The notes beneath the pieces were generated by a model that had not been told where the DNA came from, ran no database searches, and saw nothing but the letters and a program-made list of their open reading frames with translations. Position numbers and translations under genes: made by a program. This document shows positions 25,430 to 38,557 of a stretch of 64,000 nucleotides of DNA, in pieces. Each line of letters opens with the position of its first letter. Positions within the stretch are counted from its first letter, which is position 1. Source of the stretch: Eledone cirrhosa (taxonomy: Eukaryota). Location of the stretch: NCBI GenBank assembly GCA_964016885.1, contig OZ024745.1:122264001-122328000 (forward strand). The letters run 5' to 3'.

Positions 25430-27369
25430 GCTATTGGATATGACCGAAGAATCTTCGATCGCCTTCCTACTCACTCAATGTTTTAATTAAGCTAGTATCT
25501 TTAAGATACCAAACCAAATGAAAACAGTGCACACTAATACATTAAATAGTGAGAAGGACGATTTTGTGTGGTTAGAGAATCAGAATCCCTCTTCTCGGTC
25601 TAATTAATTAGTTTCCACTGCTCCATCTATTGGCGACAGTCCATATGGAGCTGGCATTCACAGAAACTTACGTAATGCTATTAAGCCTTATGTAATTCTG
25701 GCTATGGGTAGCTTCATCAGCGAGGAGATTTAGCCTCTTCAGAATAGTCGTAATCCTCACTCTGTGTCATATGACAGTAATGCAAGGGTATTAGGCAGCT
25801 CCCTGCTTTGAAGATCACATTGATACATTTTAAAGAGTTTGCTTCACAGCCATGTGGATTTGGGTTCAGTTCCACTATGTGGCACCCTTGGATTCACTAA
25901 TACTTTTTTAGTTAAATTTAGTTGACGGAAACTCTGGAAACTTGTGTGTGCATCTGGCTCATAAATTAGTTTTTCAACAAAAATAAAGAGAAAGAGAAAT
26001 AAATACCAGGATTGACAAAAATTGGTCCATTTCAAGTCCTACTCAAGCCACAGTTTAATCTCTGATTAAGTCAACCTATAATCTAAGCAATCCAGCCCAT
26101 CCTGAAATATAATCATGACTACATTATCAAATGTTTCTAGGTTATAGGGGAATTTAGTTGCTATTTCTAGTAGGTAGAGTGACCACATAGAACATTGTTC
26201 ATTGTTCTGTTGGCATTGTATTTGTTGTTTAGTCCCATATCAGTGATGAATAAGTAAAACTATGATGAAAGTCATAACCATGCTATCTTTTTATGCATTG
26301 AGCCAATGTGTCCTTTGTTTTATAAGACAATAAGGTGTGATTTGAGGGAGATTCGGTCGCTATTTCCAGCAAATTACGCTACTGCCTAGAGGAATCCTTG
26401 CTGGTTCAATATTTTTTTGTTTATATATACTGGCTTTCGATATTGGGCTGCTGCCATACTGGGGCACTGGCTTGACACTGATTATGATTTTAAAATAATT
26501 TTGAAAATACAAGAATTTGGAAATATTTAGTAATATAACTTTAACATTATTATGCTGGTGAGCAGTGGATTGACAGTAAATTGGCAGTATCGGTAGAGGG
26601 TCGCATGCCATGCTTTGCAGCATAGAGTTGTGGCCCTTTGCGGTTTGAGTTCAAATCCTGCTGAGGTTAACTTTGCCTTTCATCAACAAAATCTCCATAT
26701 GGTTTAACCCTTTAGCATTTACATTACTCAATATTTACTATTGTATTTTCATGGTAAATACTTTATTTTATATAATTATCTCACATATCTCGCATACAAT
26801 CGAATCTACAAGATTTTGATATTATGTATTTTGAGAACAATACCTTAAAATAAGTATGAGCTGCTGGTTATGGCCAGTTTAAAGAGAAAGAGGTGAGAAC
26901 ATTCTGGCCGGATATGGCTGGTTTAAATACTAGAGGGTTAAATACACAGCAAGTCAAAAGATACTTTTCCAACAGTAATAGTCTAAATCCATGCTATATC
27001 AAACTATTTTATGAACCAAAGTTTTTATGTAATAGAAAAATTTTATTCAAAGTTTTATGAAATAGAAAATTTTTATTCAAAGTTTTTTATTTCCTAATTT
27101 TCTCGTTTTGCATTCTAGGTTTTTGAAGAATATTCCTGAAATATTTTATTTCTTGCAGGAGTTAAATTTATTCTAAAATAGATTTAATTTTTCACTAATT
27201 TTCCTGCAGCTTTTGTTTGTTAATATCTAACTTAATCTTTGTTTTATAAACCTTTCTTCTTTCCTATCCATGTTTTATAAACTTTTATTTTTCCCTTTTT
27301 TTTGTTATATTCTTCCATATTAGATATTATATTTGTGTGTGTATGTGTGTCTATATGATTTAAACATTC

Positions 27370-27401
<32 letters not shown>

Positions 27402-27449
27402 GCAACAAAAATACTGCCGCAAAAAATGATATTCTCAAAAATTTTCCAG

Positions 27450-27584
27450 AAAATTTCGACGGCAACAGGAGTTTGAAGAAATAGATGAGGTTGCAGAAAT
27501 CAACAAGGAAGCAGCAGAACCCCGAAAGAACCGCGAAAAGAAGCATTTTGGAAATAATTTCCATGATCTGCTAATTTCCAGCAG
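27450..27584 (+). CDS. Host gene exon KFRRQQEFEEIDEVAEINKEAAEPRKNREKKHFGNNFHDLLISS, phase 2-2
   Basis: ttttccag acceptor, cag|gtaaat donor; only this frame is open; 135 nt. Confidence 0.75.
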
Positions 27585-27779
27585 GTAAATAATATTAACC
27601 CTTTCATTATCATATTACTAATGAAAAATAACCCTTTTATTATAATTTTTCATGTATACTGGCTTTAGACATTGGGCTGAGGCCATACTGGTGCACTGCC
27701 TTGACACTGATAATGATTTTTAAATACTTTTGAAAATATTCAAGAATTTAGAGAGATTTAGTAATATAACTTTCACATT

Positions 27780-28600
27780 ATTTATTTATTTATTCAATTT
27801 AAATGTCCGTATAGAGTTAGCAAGCCATGACAGACTCGCAGAAGTATTGAGTACTACTTACAGTTGGTAATCAAAAAAAGCTAGTGAGATAAATAATAAA
27901 AAAGAAAAGAAAAAAAACTAAAATAAAAATTAAAAAAATGAGAAAAAGGGGAAAAAATAAAATTAAAATTAAATTTCAAATATTGAAGGCCACTGGGAGG
28001 AAGATTGTCTGAGAAAACGAAAAAGAAAAAAGGAAACAAGGCAAGTTGTAAAACAGAAGTTTCTGTTGTTGAATCTTTTCATAGCTTTTATAATCTCAAA
28101 GATTTTGTTTATATTTGGTAGACCTGTAATCATATATTGAACTTCCAATCTTGGTAGATTGGTTTCAACATTGCCTCTCTCTCAGACTGATAGTTTCTAC
28201 ATTGGAACAAATAGTGCCAAAGAGTTTCTGGAGAGTCACACCAAGAACATAGAGGTGAATCTCTATGACCAGCACAGTGTTTTTTGTTTTTTTTTTATTT
28301 GCATTACTCAATGATTGATAAGTTTTGAATGTCGTCAAATCTGGTTGAGAAAGTGGGGGGATTGAAATTTGTGAGCTTATCTCTGGATTCTTCCCAAAAT
28401 GTTTTCCACCTTTGACTAATTATTTGTTTGCTAAATGATTTTTTACCTGTGAAAGATTTGAGATGTAGACTATATCTCTTATTTCCCTTTGTGCTCCTTC
28501 TTTTGTTAATTTGTCTGCTTTCCCATTTCCTCTAATAACTGTATGGTCCAGTAAATATGATGCTATATAAGAGCCCCAATTTTTGTTATATATAAAAAAA
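27780..28600 (-). mobile_element. Decayed I/Nimb-like LINE 3' part with RNase H remnant
   Basis: HTVIRGNGKADKLTKEG resembles RNase H HxGIxGNExADxLAKEG; (TAAA)n tail near 27780. Confidence 0.5.
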
Positions 28601-29679
28601 ATCATTCAGATCTCATATGTGAAGTTGAGATACATATTTTAATAACAGTAGATGCTTATCCTTAATTACATAAGCAATATTTTTCTCAATATTCCTTAAT
28701 AAAACGATTGGACTTATATGCTTGTCAGTCACATATGCCACCAAATATGATATGTTTATTTGTATTTAACAGAAATATTACTTCTGTTCCTTTTCTTCTG
28801 CTTTTTTTTTGTTTGGTGGGGAAGGGGTCTTATATTACTGAAAATAATTCATCATCATCATCATCTTTTAATGTTTGTTTTTCATGCTGGCATTCATTAG
28901 ATGGGTCGTCATGGCCTAAGGCAAGACATGGTCAGATAACCATACATTATCCATCCTGCTCATATGTCCCATATTTTAATATGGTTTCTATGGCACTAGA
29001 AAGGTTGTCACATGCTCGCTCTAATTGAAAAGTATTTTTTACCTTATATTGTCTCTGTCTGGTCATCACCCATTTTACAGAGTGTATTGAGAGTGTTTCT
29101 TGTGGCACCAACATTACAGAGATTGTCAAGTCCTTGACAAAACCAGAACATCTGCTGTACTCTATGTTGGCTCGGTCAGTTCATCAGATACTTTACAAAG
29201 TGTACCAAATTATATATTAAAAACAGTGGCATTAAAAGTTTTAGAGTTTCCAAATTTGTCACTTGAGTGATTATTATAAAGAAAATGAATCCTGATAATA
29301 TTTCAGTGACAAATTGTTTCAAGCTGGAGACAACTTCACAACCACATCCCATTACATGTGTCTTCCACTGCTACCTTGGGCTGACTAATGCTTTCTGAGT
29401 GGACAGAAACTCTATGGAAGGCCATCACATGTACATGTGTGTGTGTGTGTGTGTGTGCATGTATGTGTGTGTCTTTGCTTCACATTTGACAAAACTTAGG
29501 TAGCAGGTGACATTTGTAATGTCTTGTATAATCAATATGCTCTGTGATTCAGTGGTTTTACATGCAAAGTAAGGGTTGATATCAGATCCAGCTGTAGAAA
29601 TACTACCTAAAAAAAAAAGTTTTCCCTAATCCTTTTCAGCTTGAAATAGTGGACATAACAATGGTGATGCAGTAATGAT

Positions 29680-30030
29680 GATAATAATAATAATGAAATT
29701 ATTGTGTACAGTGCTCAGGTGCACGACAACTCATCAACAGTGCATGTATAGTACATAGAATAATGTACAAATGTTAGGAAAATGAACAGTGTATGAGTCA
29801 TGATATACATGTGTGCATGTGTATGGAGGGGGGATATCAGAGGTAGTGTTGGCGAATTTCAGGAAGCATGGAGGTTTTAAAGGTTGTAGTGTCTCAGCAG
29901 CTAACAACTGATGTAGGTAGTTTGTTCCATGCTTCAGCAACTCTGAGTGTGAAAAAATGTTTCTGAAAGTCATGGGAGCTGTGCTGTTTTCTGACTTTGT
30001 AGGCCTGCCCATGGGTGTTAGACACATGGA
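29680..30030 (-). mobile_element. CR1-like LINE 3' end
   Basis: RKHFFTLRVAEAWNKLPTSVV; tail tgtgtacagtgctcagg also near 20126 and 2033. Confidence 0.7.
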
Positions 30031-30458
30031 ATTCCAAAAGAGAATATTTCAAGTAATCTGTTAGCTGGTTTGGAATAAAATATTATTTCTACAGTTTCTC
30101 AATTAACTTTCAAATTTGGAACATATTGCCCTTACATGATTTTTTTATAAAATTATATACCTTTCTCAGTGTTATATTTTAGAATACTATGAAATAATTA
30201 AAAAAAGAAATTCCCTCTTCATGTTCTTCTAACTAATCTTGTTAAGTTGCAACACTTCATTGGAAATAGTTGTGTGTGGATCATACTTCGACTTCTCTCC
30301 TTCAGCTCTATTCCTACCTCTTTCCCTAGCACAAACTTTCTCTAACTCTATCGCTCTTCAGCTCTTGTATGTTCTTTACTGCTAAAAACAATGTATTCTC
30401 AGAAGCTTATTCAGAATTCATATATTATTTTATTATTATTAATTTATTTTTACACTAG

Positions 30459-30552
30459 CAGCAAAGATGATAAAGAGAAAAATGAAGAGAAAAAGAAAAA
30501 GTCCTCCAATGTTCTCTCCAAATTTGGAAGTACCCGGAAAAAATTTAAAAAG
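30459..30552 (+). CDS. Host gene exon SKDDKEKNEEKKKKSSNVLSKFGSTRKKFKK, phase 2-0
   Basis: tag/cag tandem acceptor after a T-rich tract; aag|gtaaat donor; in frame with 27450-27584. Confidence 0.75.
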
Positions 30553-30949
30553 GTAAATGATTTTTTATTTACTTATTTTGTTTATGTACGTTTCTCTTAT
30601 CTCACACGTGTGTGTATGTACTCACACACACACACCCATAAATACTTTGAACAGGCTAAAATAGACCGTTCGATATTAGAAATCTTAACAACAACAACAA
30701 CAACATCAAAAGTTGAAAACTGTGTAATATCCAATAATTTAATCAATCTGATGGTGAAATGCGTTTTATGAATGGCTTTGTTGAAAATGTAATTTTAGAA
30801 ATAGCAAAGGATCTAGAATTGCCATTTATCACAGTCTTTAAAATTGGTTACAAAACATGTTCCTACTTTAGAATTCGTTTCTTTATTAAGACTACCTTCA
30901 TTAATTTATATCCAATGAACTAAAAAAAAAACTAGAGACTAACAGTAAT

Positions 30950-31868
30950 AATGATGATGGTAGTGATTATGATGGTGGTGATTATGGTGGTGGTAATGAT
31001 GGTGGTGATTATGGTGGTGGTGATTATGGTGGTGGTGATAATGATGGTGATAATGGTGGTGGTGATAATGATGGTGGTGATTATGGTGGTGGTGATAATG
31101 ATGGTGGTGATAATGGTGGTGGTGATAATGATGGTGGTGATAATGGTGGTGGTGATAATGGTGGTGGTGATAATGGTGGTGGTGATAATGGTGGTGGTGA
31201 TAATGATGGTGGTGATAATGATGGTGGTGATAATGGTGGTGGTGATAATGGTGGTGGTGATAATGGTGGTGGTGATAATGATGGTGGTGATTATGATGGT
31301 GGTGATAATGATGGTGGTGATAATGATGGTGGTAATAATGATGGTGGTGATTATGATGGTGGTGATAATGATGGTGGTGATAATGATGGTGGTAATAATG
31401 ATGGTGGTGATTATGATTGTGGTGATTATGATGGTGGTGATAATGGTGGTGGTGATAATGATGGTGGTGATAATGGTGGTGGTGATAATGGTGGTGGTGA
31501 TAATGGTGGTGGTGATAATGATGGTGGTGATAATGGTGGTGGTGATAATGATGGTGGTGATTATGATGGTGGTGATAATGATGGTGGTGATAATGATGGT
31601 GATAATGGTGGTGGTGATAATGGTGGTGGTGATTATGATGGTGGTGATTATGATGGTGGTGATTATGGTGGTGGTGATTATGGTGGTGGTGATAATGATG
31701 GTGGTGATTATGGTGGTGGTGATAATGGTGGTGGTGATTATGATGGTGGTGATAATGGTGGTGATAATGATGGTGATAATGATGGTGGTGATAATGATGG
31801 TGGTGATAATGATGGTGGTGATTATGATGGTGGTAATAATAATGATGATGATGATTATGATGGTGGTA
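30950..31868. repeat. 15-bp-period (GAT/GGT/AAT/TAT) simple tandem repeat
   Basis: Units such as atgatggtggtgata / atggtggtggtgatt. Confidence 0.95.
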
Positions 31869-32619
31869 AAAACAGCAGCAAGTAATAACTACATCTTTCA
31901 TCACCATTCATTCCGTAATTTGAAAAAAAAAAAATAGAAATCCCCACCAATAATGATGGTGGTGGTGATGATGGTGGTGGTAAAATTACTGAAAATATTC
32001 TTTTTTCATCATCATTCATTCAATACCTCATTCAAAAAAACTAACAAAATATATCAACAACAGTAGTAATGGCGGTGGTAAAAGTAATAACTATATTGTT
32101 TTTTCATCATCATTCACTCATTCATTCAAAAAATCATCATCATCATTATCACCTTCAATGATGATGATGATGATGATAGTGATGATGATGATGATGGTGA
32201 TGGTGATTCTTTTTTTAAATACCACTACACATGGAATTTGTCAGAATGAATTCAGAGTAATGGGGACTGGGCTGGAAAGAAATGAGAACTGTCTTCAGCC
32301 AGTTTCGTTATCCTAAAATATAGAACAGCAGCAGTAATGGCAGCTTTTGCTGTTATTAGAGCTGTAGTAAAGCTGCCATTATTTTTGGGATGCTTAAACA
32401 AATGTGAGTTTATCATAAATTCTGTTTGTAGTGCTATATTGATTTTGATCAGTCTATTCTTTTACTGGTTTCATTGATACTCAACATCATCATCACCATT
32501 TTACGTTCATTCGTCTAACCCATGCTAGCAGTATGAGTGGCTGGTTATGGCTGGTTTGAACAGAAAGATGTGAGAGATCTCTGGCCACATATGACCGGTT
32601 TAAATGCTAAAGGGTTAAA

Positions 32620-32870
32620 ACTACAGTGTCAAAATTGGATTGCTAAATTTAGGTCTGGAGATTTTGACGTTAAAGATGCACAACTCTCTGGAAGGCCAAT
32701 AGAAGCTGGTAATGACAAAATAAAGGCGTAGGTCAATTCCAATTGGCATTTACCTACATGAGAGGTTGCTGAGAACATATCGAAATCAAGTGTTCATGCT
32801 TCTTTATAACAACTTAGATATGTTAGTTAGCTCAATATTTGGGTACCACATGAGCTCAAATAAATGCTTG
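32620..32870 (+). mobile_element. mariner transposase fragment
   Basis: CQNWIAKFRSGDFDVKDAQLSGRP, the mariner HTH-linker motif. Confidence 0.7.
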
Positions 32871-33412
32871 GTATTTGACTTTATGATAGCCACACTAGTC
32901 AAAAAGAGAATTAACCTTCTGGTGGCTCCAGGCGCATTAAGTTGCTGATAGAATAATCTCCCCTTAATACATAATGCAGTGTCAAGGGAGGCAATTCATA
33001 AACATTTCTAGCATGCTGAAGGTAAAAACTCATTGATAATTTGAATATTTAATTAGTTTACACTTCTTGTTTGTTTTGTTTCAACTTAACATATTTTTAG
33101 CATTAAAATTGTGATATTTTGTTTGTTGTATGACTGCAAAATACAGTGAATATTTTAGCTGATTATCATAAAAGATGAACAAAATATATAGTACTGTGTT
33201 TCTGATTTCACTGTTTAATTTGGAAAACTGTGTGTGCATATATATAAATAAATATATATATATATATTTGGCATTAGGAAGGGCATCCAGCTGTAGAAAA
33301 CCATCCAGAAACGCCCCATATGAGCGAGACACGGTCACCCGACCCAACTTATCTCTAAATGGGACACGTCTAATCCATGCAAGCGTGGAAGATAGACGTT
33401 AATTGATGATTA

Positions 33413-33466
<54 letters not shown>

Positions 33467-34157
33467 AGAGAGAAAGAGAGGGGTAAAATCCCAACATAAA
33501 CACACGCATTATATATATATATATATAATGTGGTGGATTGGCAGTGTCGGTAGAGGGTCGGGCGCCATGCTTTGAAGCATAGTTACCGCCCTTTATGATC
33601 TGAGTTCAACTCCTGCCGAGGTTAACTTTGCCTTTCATCCTTACGGGGTCGATAAAATAAAGTACCAGTAATGCACTGGGATAATTGCTGGCCTGGTGCC
33701 AAAAGTAGAAACAATTATATATATATATGTAAAAGGTAAATAGAAATAACAACACAATCGGTACAGTATATGATATAGCAGGAAGAGGGTCATATATGCA
33801 TAGAGTTAAAATTCTTTTATAATGAATACCATTATAACAAAAAATTTTTTCAACCCATGAGGTAATAACAAATGCTTGATTTGTTTCGGTCGATCTAGTT
33901 ACAAAGAATTTTTCGTTACAATGACATTGTTTTTATGCCCCATGAATTTCATTATAACGGAATTTCACCGTATATGCATACATATATGCATATATATATA
34001 TATATATAATAAATCAAGAAAGAAGAGTGACATGGTTTGCTATACAATAAGGGCTTTATTCACATTGCTGACAATTGTTTCTCTGAACTGGTAGGTCTAG
34101 AGATCGCTACCCGCCTGTTTTTGCGTCAATCGATCACCAATACTTTGTTATAACCAG

Positions 34158-35700
34158 TCAATTCATCAGCTCTGCTATAACTCTTTCTGTTACTTTCATG
34201 ACCTGGTCCATCAACTTGATGCCTTTATAGTTTCCTCTATCTAGTGCATCTCCTTTACCCTTGAAGCAGTTGACAATGATGCTGTTGTGCCAATCATTCG
34301 GTATGACACCATTTAGTATTACTTGGTTTACAATATGAGTGGTTAAGGTGTAACCCACCGACCCAGATGCTTTTAGCATCTCGGCAACTATCCTTGATAG
34401 ACCAGCTGCTTTCCTGGTCTTCATATCCTAAACTGCCTTACTTACTACACTGCTGCTGACTTTAGGGTCCACTTGGAGTAAGCTCTTTTTTTCTCATGTA
34501 TTCTCCTCATTCAGTAATCTTTCTTAATGGCTCTTCCATGCAACTTTCTTTTCGTCGCTTGTGAGGGTAAGTGCCCCTTTATCATCCCAGACACACATCT
34601 CCGCTATGACTTCACAATTTTCCCTAACATACTGCCTCACAATCCTGAACATCTACCATTTCTGGTCCATGCTGAAAAACATGCTTGAATTTTTGATCTT
34701 CCGCTTCCTTCCTTGCAAAGTATATTTGCTTCCTTCCTGGTCTCTATGTAATGTACTCTGCTTCCCCCGTTCTTCCATTTCTTTCTATGCCTGTTTCTTG
34801 GCCTTAATTGTCTCATCTACCTTATTGTTCTACCACCATGTTACTCTCTGTAGCCCTACTCCATCCACAGATCTCGTTTGTCGCCTTCAGTAGATTATCT
34901 TTCAGGAACTCCCAATGCTCTTCTATATTAAATGTCTCTGTATAAAAAAGTGCAGGGCGATCAAAATTGATGGTAGTTATGGAATAGGTAGACCCAGAAA
35001 AACCTGGGACGATCTGATAAATTCCGACCTTACACACTTGCACTTCTCTAAGACAATGTCACTGGACCGAGATCTTTGGCGCTACGCAGTAATACAGAAG
35101 ACCCGCCTTGCCTATGTACAAAGCGAAACCTACAGTCAGTAGGCACCTCTTAACCAAATATACACCCCAATCCACTACCCCTACCCTATCCTCCCACTCC
35201 CACCAACACCACCCTCTCTCCCTTTATAAAGTTGGTTCCACAACATCCAGTCCAAATAAATGAGATAATGAGATCAAGATCGAGATTGTGTAGGTGTCAC
35301 GAGAAAAAAACACTGGCCGTGTAGGTAACACGGTAAAAAGTTCCCAATTCCACACTGTAAACGTGGTTGGTGTTAGGAAGGGCATCCAGCCGTAGAAAAC
35401 CTGCCAGATAGTCCTATATGAGCGAGACATGGTCACCCGACCAACCTTGCCTCAAGTGGGACAACTCCCATCTAACCCATGCTAGCGTGGAAAATGGCCG
35501 TTAAACGATGATGATGATGATGATGATCTCTTCTTCTTTACTGTCATAGGTATCAAGCAAAATATCTCTAAATCTGTTACTTGCTGAGGACTCAACTTCC
35601 ATATCCTTCTCCTCCAGGTTGTCCTCTCTCTCCAAGTGTCTAGCTCTGACTACTAGGTTATGTTGAGAGGTGCATTCCTTATTTAACTGTGGTTTCTTTC
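34158..35700 (-). mobile_element. Old RTE ORF2 fragment split by a younger insertion
   Basis: KGKGDALDRGNYKGIKLMDQVMK; DSKEEE(I)|ETFNIEEHW is continuous across 34941-35526. Confidence 0.8.
34941..35526 (+). mobile_element. 5'-truncated younger RTE copy (ORF2 end, 3'UTR, GAT tail)
   Basis: Near-identical reverse complement of 52931-53511. Confidence 0.9.
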
Positions 35701-37304
35701 TGATCTTCATAAAGAAATGATATCACACAAACATATAGACATGTGTGCATATGTGTCTCTATTCCTCTTTCTCATCCAAACCATACCCAGCATGGAAAGC
35801 CAATAATATCCCACCACTGTACCATGGTTGTGCTGGAGCCACAGCAAAAGCACCCAGTAATGTGGTAGTGCTGATACAATGAAAAATGTTTGACTGTAAA
35901 AAAAAAGGCAAAAATAGAACATATGAGCACGATGTGGTCATCTGATCCATCTAGTCTCATTATATGACAACCTGGCTAACCCATATAAGCCTGGACAAAA
36001 CTTGTTCAATGTACTGGTGATAATCATTCAGCAATTATGTCTTTCTTTTTTTTTTACATTAATACTTTTGCGCAAAATATGCTCTCCAGCATACATTTCT
36101 GCTCCTGCTTCTCTTATTTGTATATTTATGCAAAGACATATAACTGTCCCAATAAAGATATATATAGAAATATGTATATAAGGTTTAATTTTTAATGTAC
36201 CAACCTGCTACCTAAAAAAATCAATCATCTTTAGTATGTGCTACATTCAGACATATAGTCATTGCACACATCTGTTACCGATGTGCAGTTTATTTTAGTC
36301 CTCCTTTTAGAAATGGCCAAATTTTTACAAAAACTATCTTTACATTTAAAAGAAAGTAAGGAGATATTAGATAATGTCAAGTTACACAATATTTAACCCC
36401 TTCATTACCATATTTCTAATGAAATCCACTCTATTTTAATTAATTATTTCATTACTAAGAGAATAGCTTAATATAAAGTTCTTATATAAAATCCCAGTCC
36501 ACTCTGTAACGTGGTTATACTGATGCCACAACAAAAAGCGCCCAGTCCATCCTGTAAGGTAGTCGTATCAGTGCTTTGACAAAAAATACCTGGTCCATCC
36601 TGTAAGGTGGTTATATCAAGGCCACAGCAAAAAGCACTCAGTCCACCCTGTAAGGTGATAGTGCTATTGTCATGAAAAAATTTTTCCAGTATACACTGTA
36701 ATGTGGTTTGTATGAGGAAGAGTATCTAGCCATAGAAAACCAAGCTAAAATCAGTCATGTGAGTTAGACATGATCACCTTACCTGTTTGGCCTTATAACA
36801 TGATAATGCATCAAACCCATACTAGCATGGAAAGTTGCTGTTATTAAATGATGAAGATGATGCTGTAATGTTTTTATTTGAATAGGAACCCTTTAAAACA
36901 AATGGTTTTGTTTCATAGAACAAGAACCGGTGACGGATTAAGTCTATCTCTTATCATATATAATACCATCTGTGGGTAGACTAAAATAGTTTTTGCAGAA
37001 ACCCAAATCCAGTTTCTATAGTGAGATATGGTGAATCCATGATTTTTCTGTACTGAGCTTCTTCACCAATTGGTAAACTTTATTATAGCCACTATTATAC
37101 TCTTTAAAAAATAAAGCAATACTTAGGACAGTTATAATACTATAGCTTTTAAAATTCTCCTGGAGCGGGCCCAACTCTACAATTATATTTTAAATGGACA
37201 TTTGTTAGGCTTATTCTTGAAGCCAAGCCAGGCTAGTTGGTTTAGACTTGATTTTGGAGATGTCTACTTGCCTCAAGTTCTAGTTCATCTGTTCTGTTAC
37301 TTAT

Positions 37305-37484
37305 ACATACATCATGTATACTATATGTATATACCTGTCACCCACACATACATCATGTATACTATATGTAACCCACCTGTCACCCACACATACATCATGT
37401 ATACTATATGTATATACCTGTCACCCACACATACATCATGTATACTATATGTAACCCACCTGTCACCCACACATACATCATATG
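37305..37484. repeat. 41/42-bp alternating minisatellite
   Basis: catacatcatgtatactatatgta(tat/accc)acctgtcacccaca, ~4 copies. Confidence 0.9.
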
Positions 37485-37528
37485 TATTTAGCACCAATTC
37501 CTGAAATACTTATTGAGAAGTTAAAAAC

Positions 37529-37885
37529 GGAGGCCTACATTTCACATCTGGCCTGAACCTATAACCATCTTTGGAGGCCTTCATTTCATATCTGGCCTAA
37601 ACCTATTACGATCATTGGTGGTGCCTACTTTCAACATCTGGCCTAAACCTATTACCAGCTTTGGAGGCCTACATTCCACATCTTGCCTGGTTCTACTACC
37701 ATCTTTAGCAGGCCTACATTTCACATCTGGCCTGAACATTTTACCATCTTTGGAGGCTTATATTTCACATCTGGCCTGAACCTATTACCATTTTTAGCAG
37801 GCCTATATTCCACATTTGGCCTGAATCTACTACCATCTTTAGCAGGCCTACATTTCACATCTGGCCTGCATCTATTACCAGCCTT
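37529..37885. repeat. 44-bp minisatellite, ~8 diverged copies
   Basis: ggaggcctacatttcacatctggcctgaacctattaccatcttt. Confidence 0.9.
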
Positions 37886-38138
37886 TATGTGCCTCTTTGA
37901 AAATATGCAACACTCTAAATTTACTAGTAAATTGTGTCAGCAGAGATGACATCCAGGTGTAAAAATGTTGCTCCCCCCCCCTTATACAGTAAATGTTGAA
38001 TTTTCAAATATATTATATCCAAAACAAGAGGAAGATATATGTTAAATAGGTTTTCTGTGTGTATGTACATGCATATAGGTATATATGTGTGTCTGTGTGT
38101 ATGTACATGCATATAGGTATATATGTGTGTGTATGCAT

Positions 38139-38557
38139 GACATGTTCATTCAGTTCACAAAAGTCCAGCACTGGCCTGACCTTCTTCATTGGTTGCACTA
38201 CTGCCATTAACGGCAACACTCCGCTCTTTATCTCTTCCTTCCAAGGGATTAATATGCCCTTCTCCCTCAAACTTGCTTCTAACGTGTCCTTTCAGAATAT
38301 TCTGATAGCAGGTCAATCTGTTCTTCAACATTGGGAGCTATCCTTTCCAGTGCACACTCATGGCGCATGGTGTTCCCGTACTACCAAACATTACCTCATC
38401 CTCACTCCCTGTAACACCTCCTAAGCAACCAATCACATCTATGCACATTACCACATCAATTCCATCCACCACGTTGTTGAATACAATCGCCCGCTGCCTT
38501 GTTTTTATTCCTCGTACTGCCATCTCTACTTCACTGCTACCTCTGTATCTAATCTCT
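38139..38557 (-). mobile_element. Gypsy-type LTR retrotransposon pol fragment (protease C-terminus and RT start)
   Basis: GIDVVMCIDVIG (retropepsin DxxxGxD-like) then GVLPLMAVVQP..KVRPVLDFCELNEHV (P..V...R...DF..LN). Confidence 0.75.

Noticed and set aside
30939-31937. 322-aa poly-His ORF, 328-aa MVVI ORF and an open Gly/Asp/Asn/Tyr frame
   Set aside because: All arise from a simple trinucleotide-based tandem repeat; no phase-compatible splice sites
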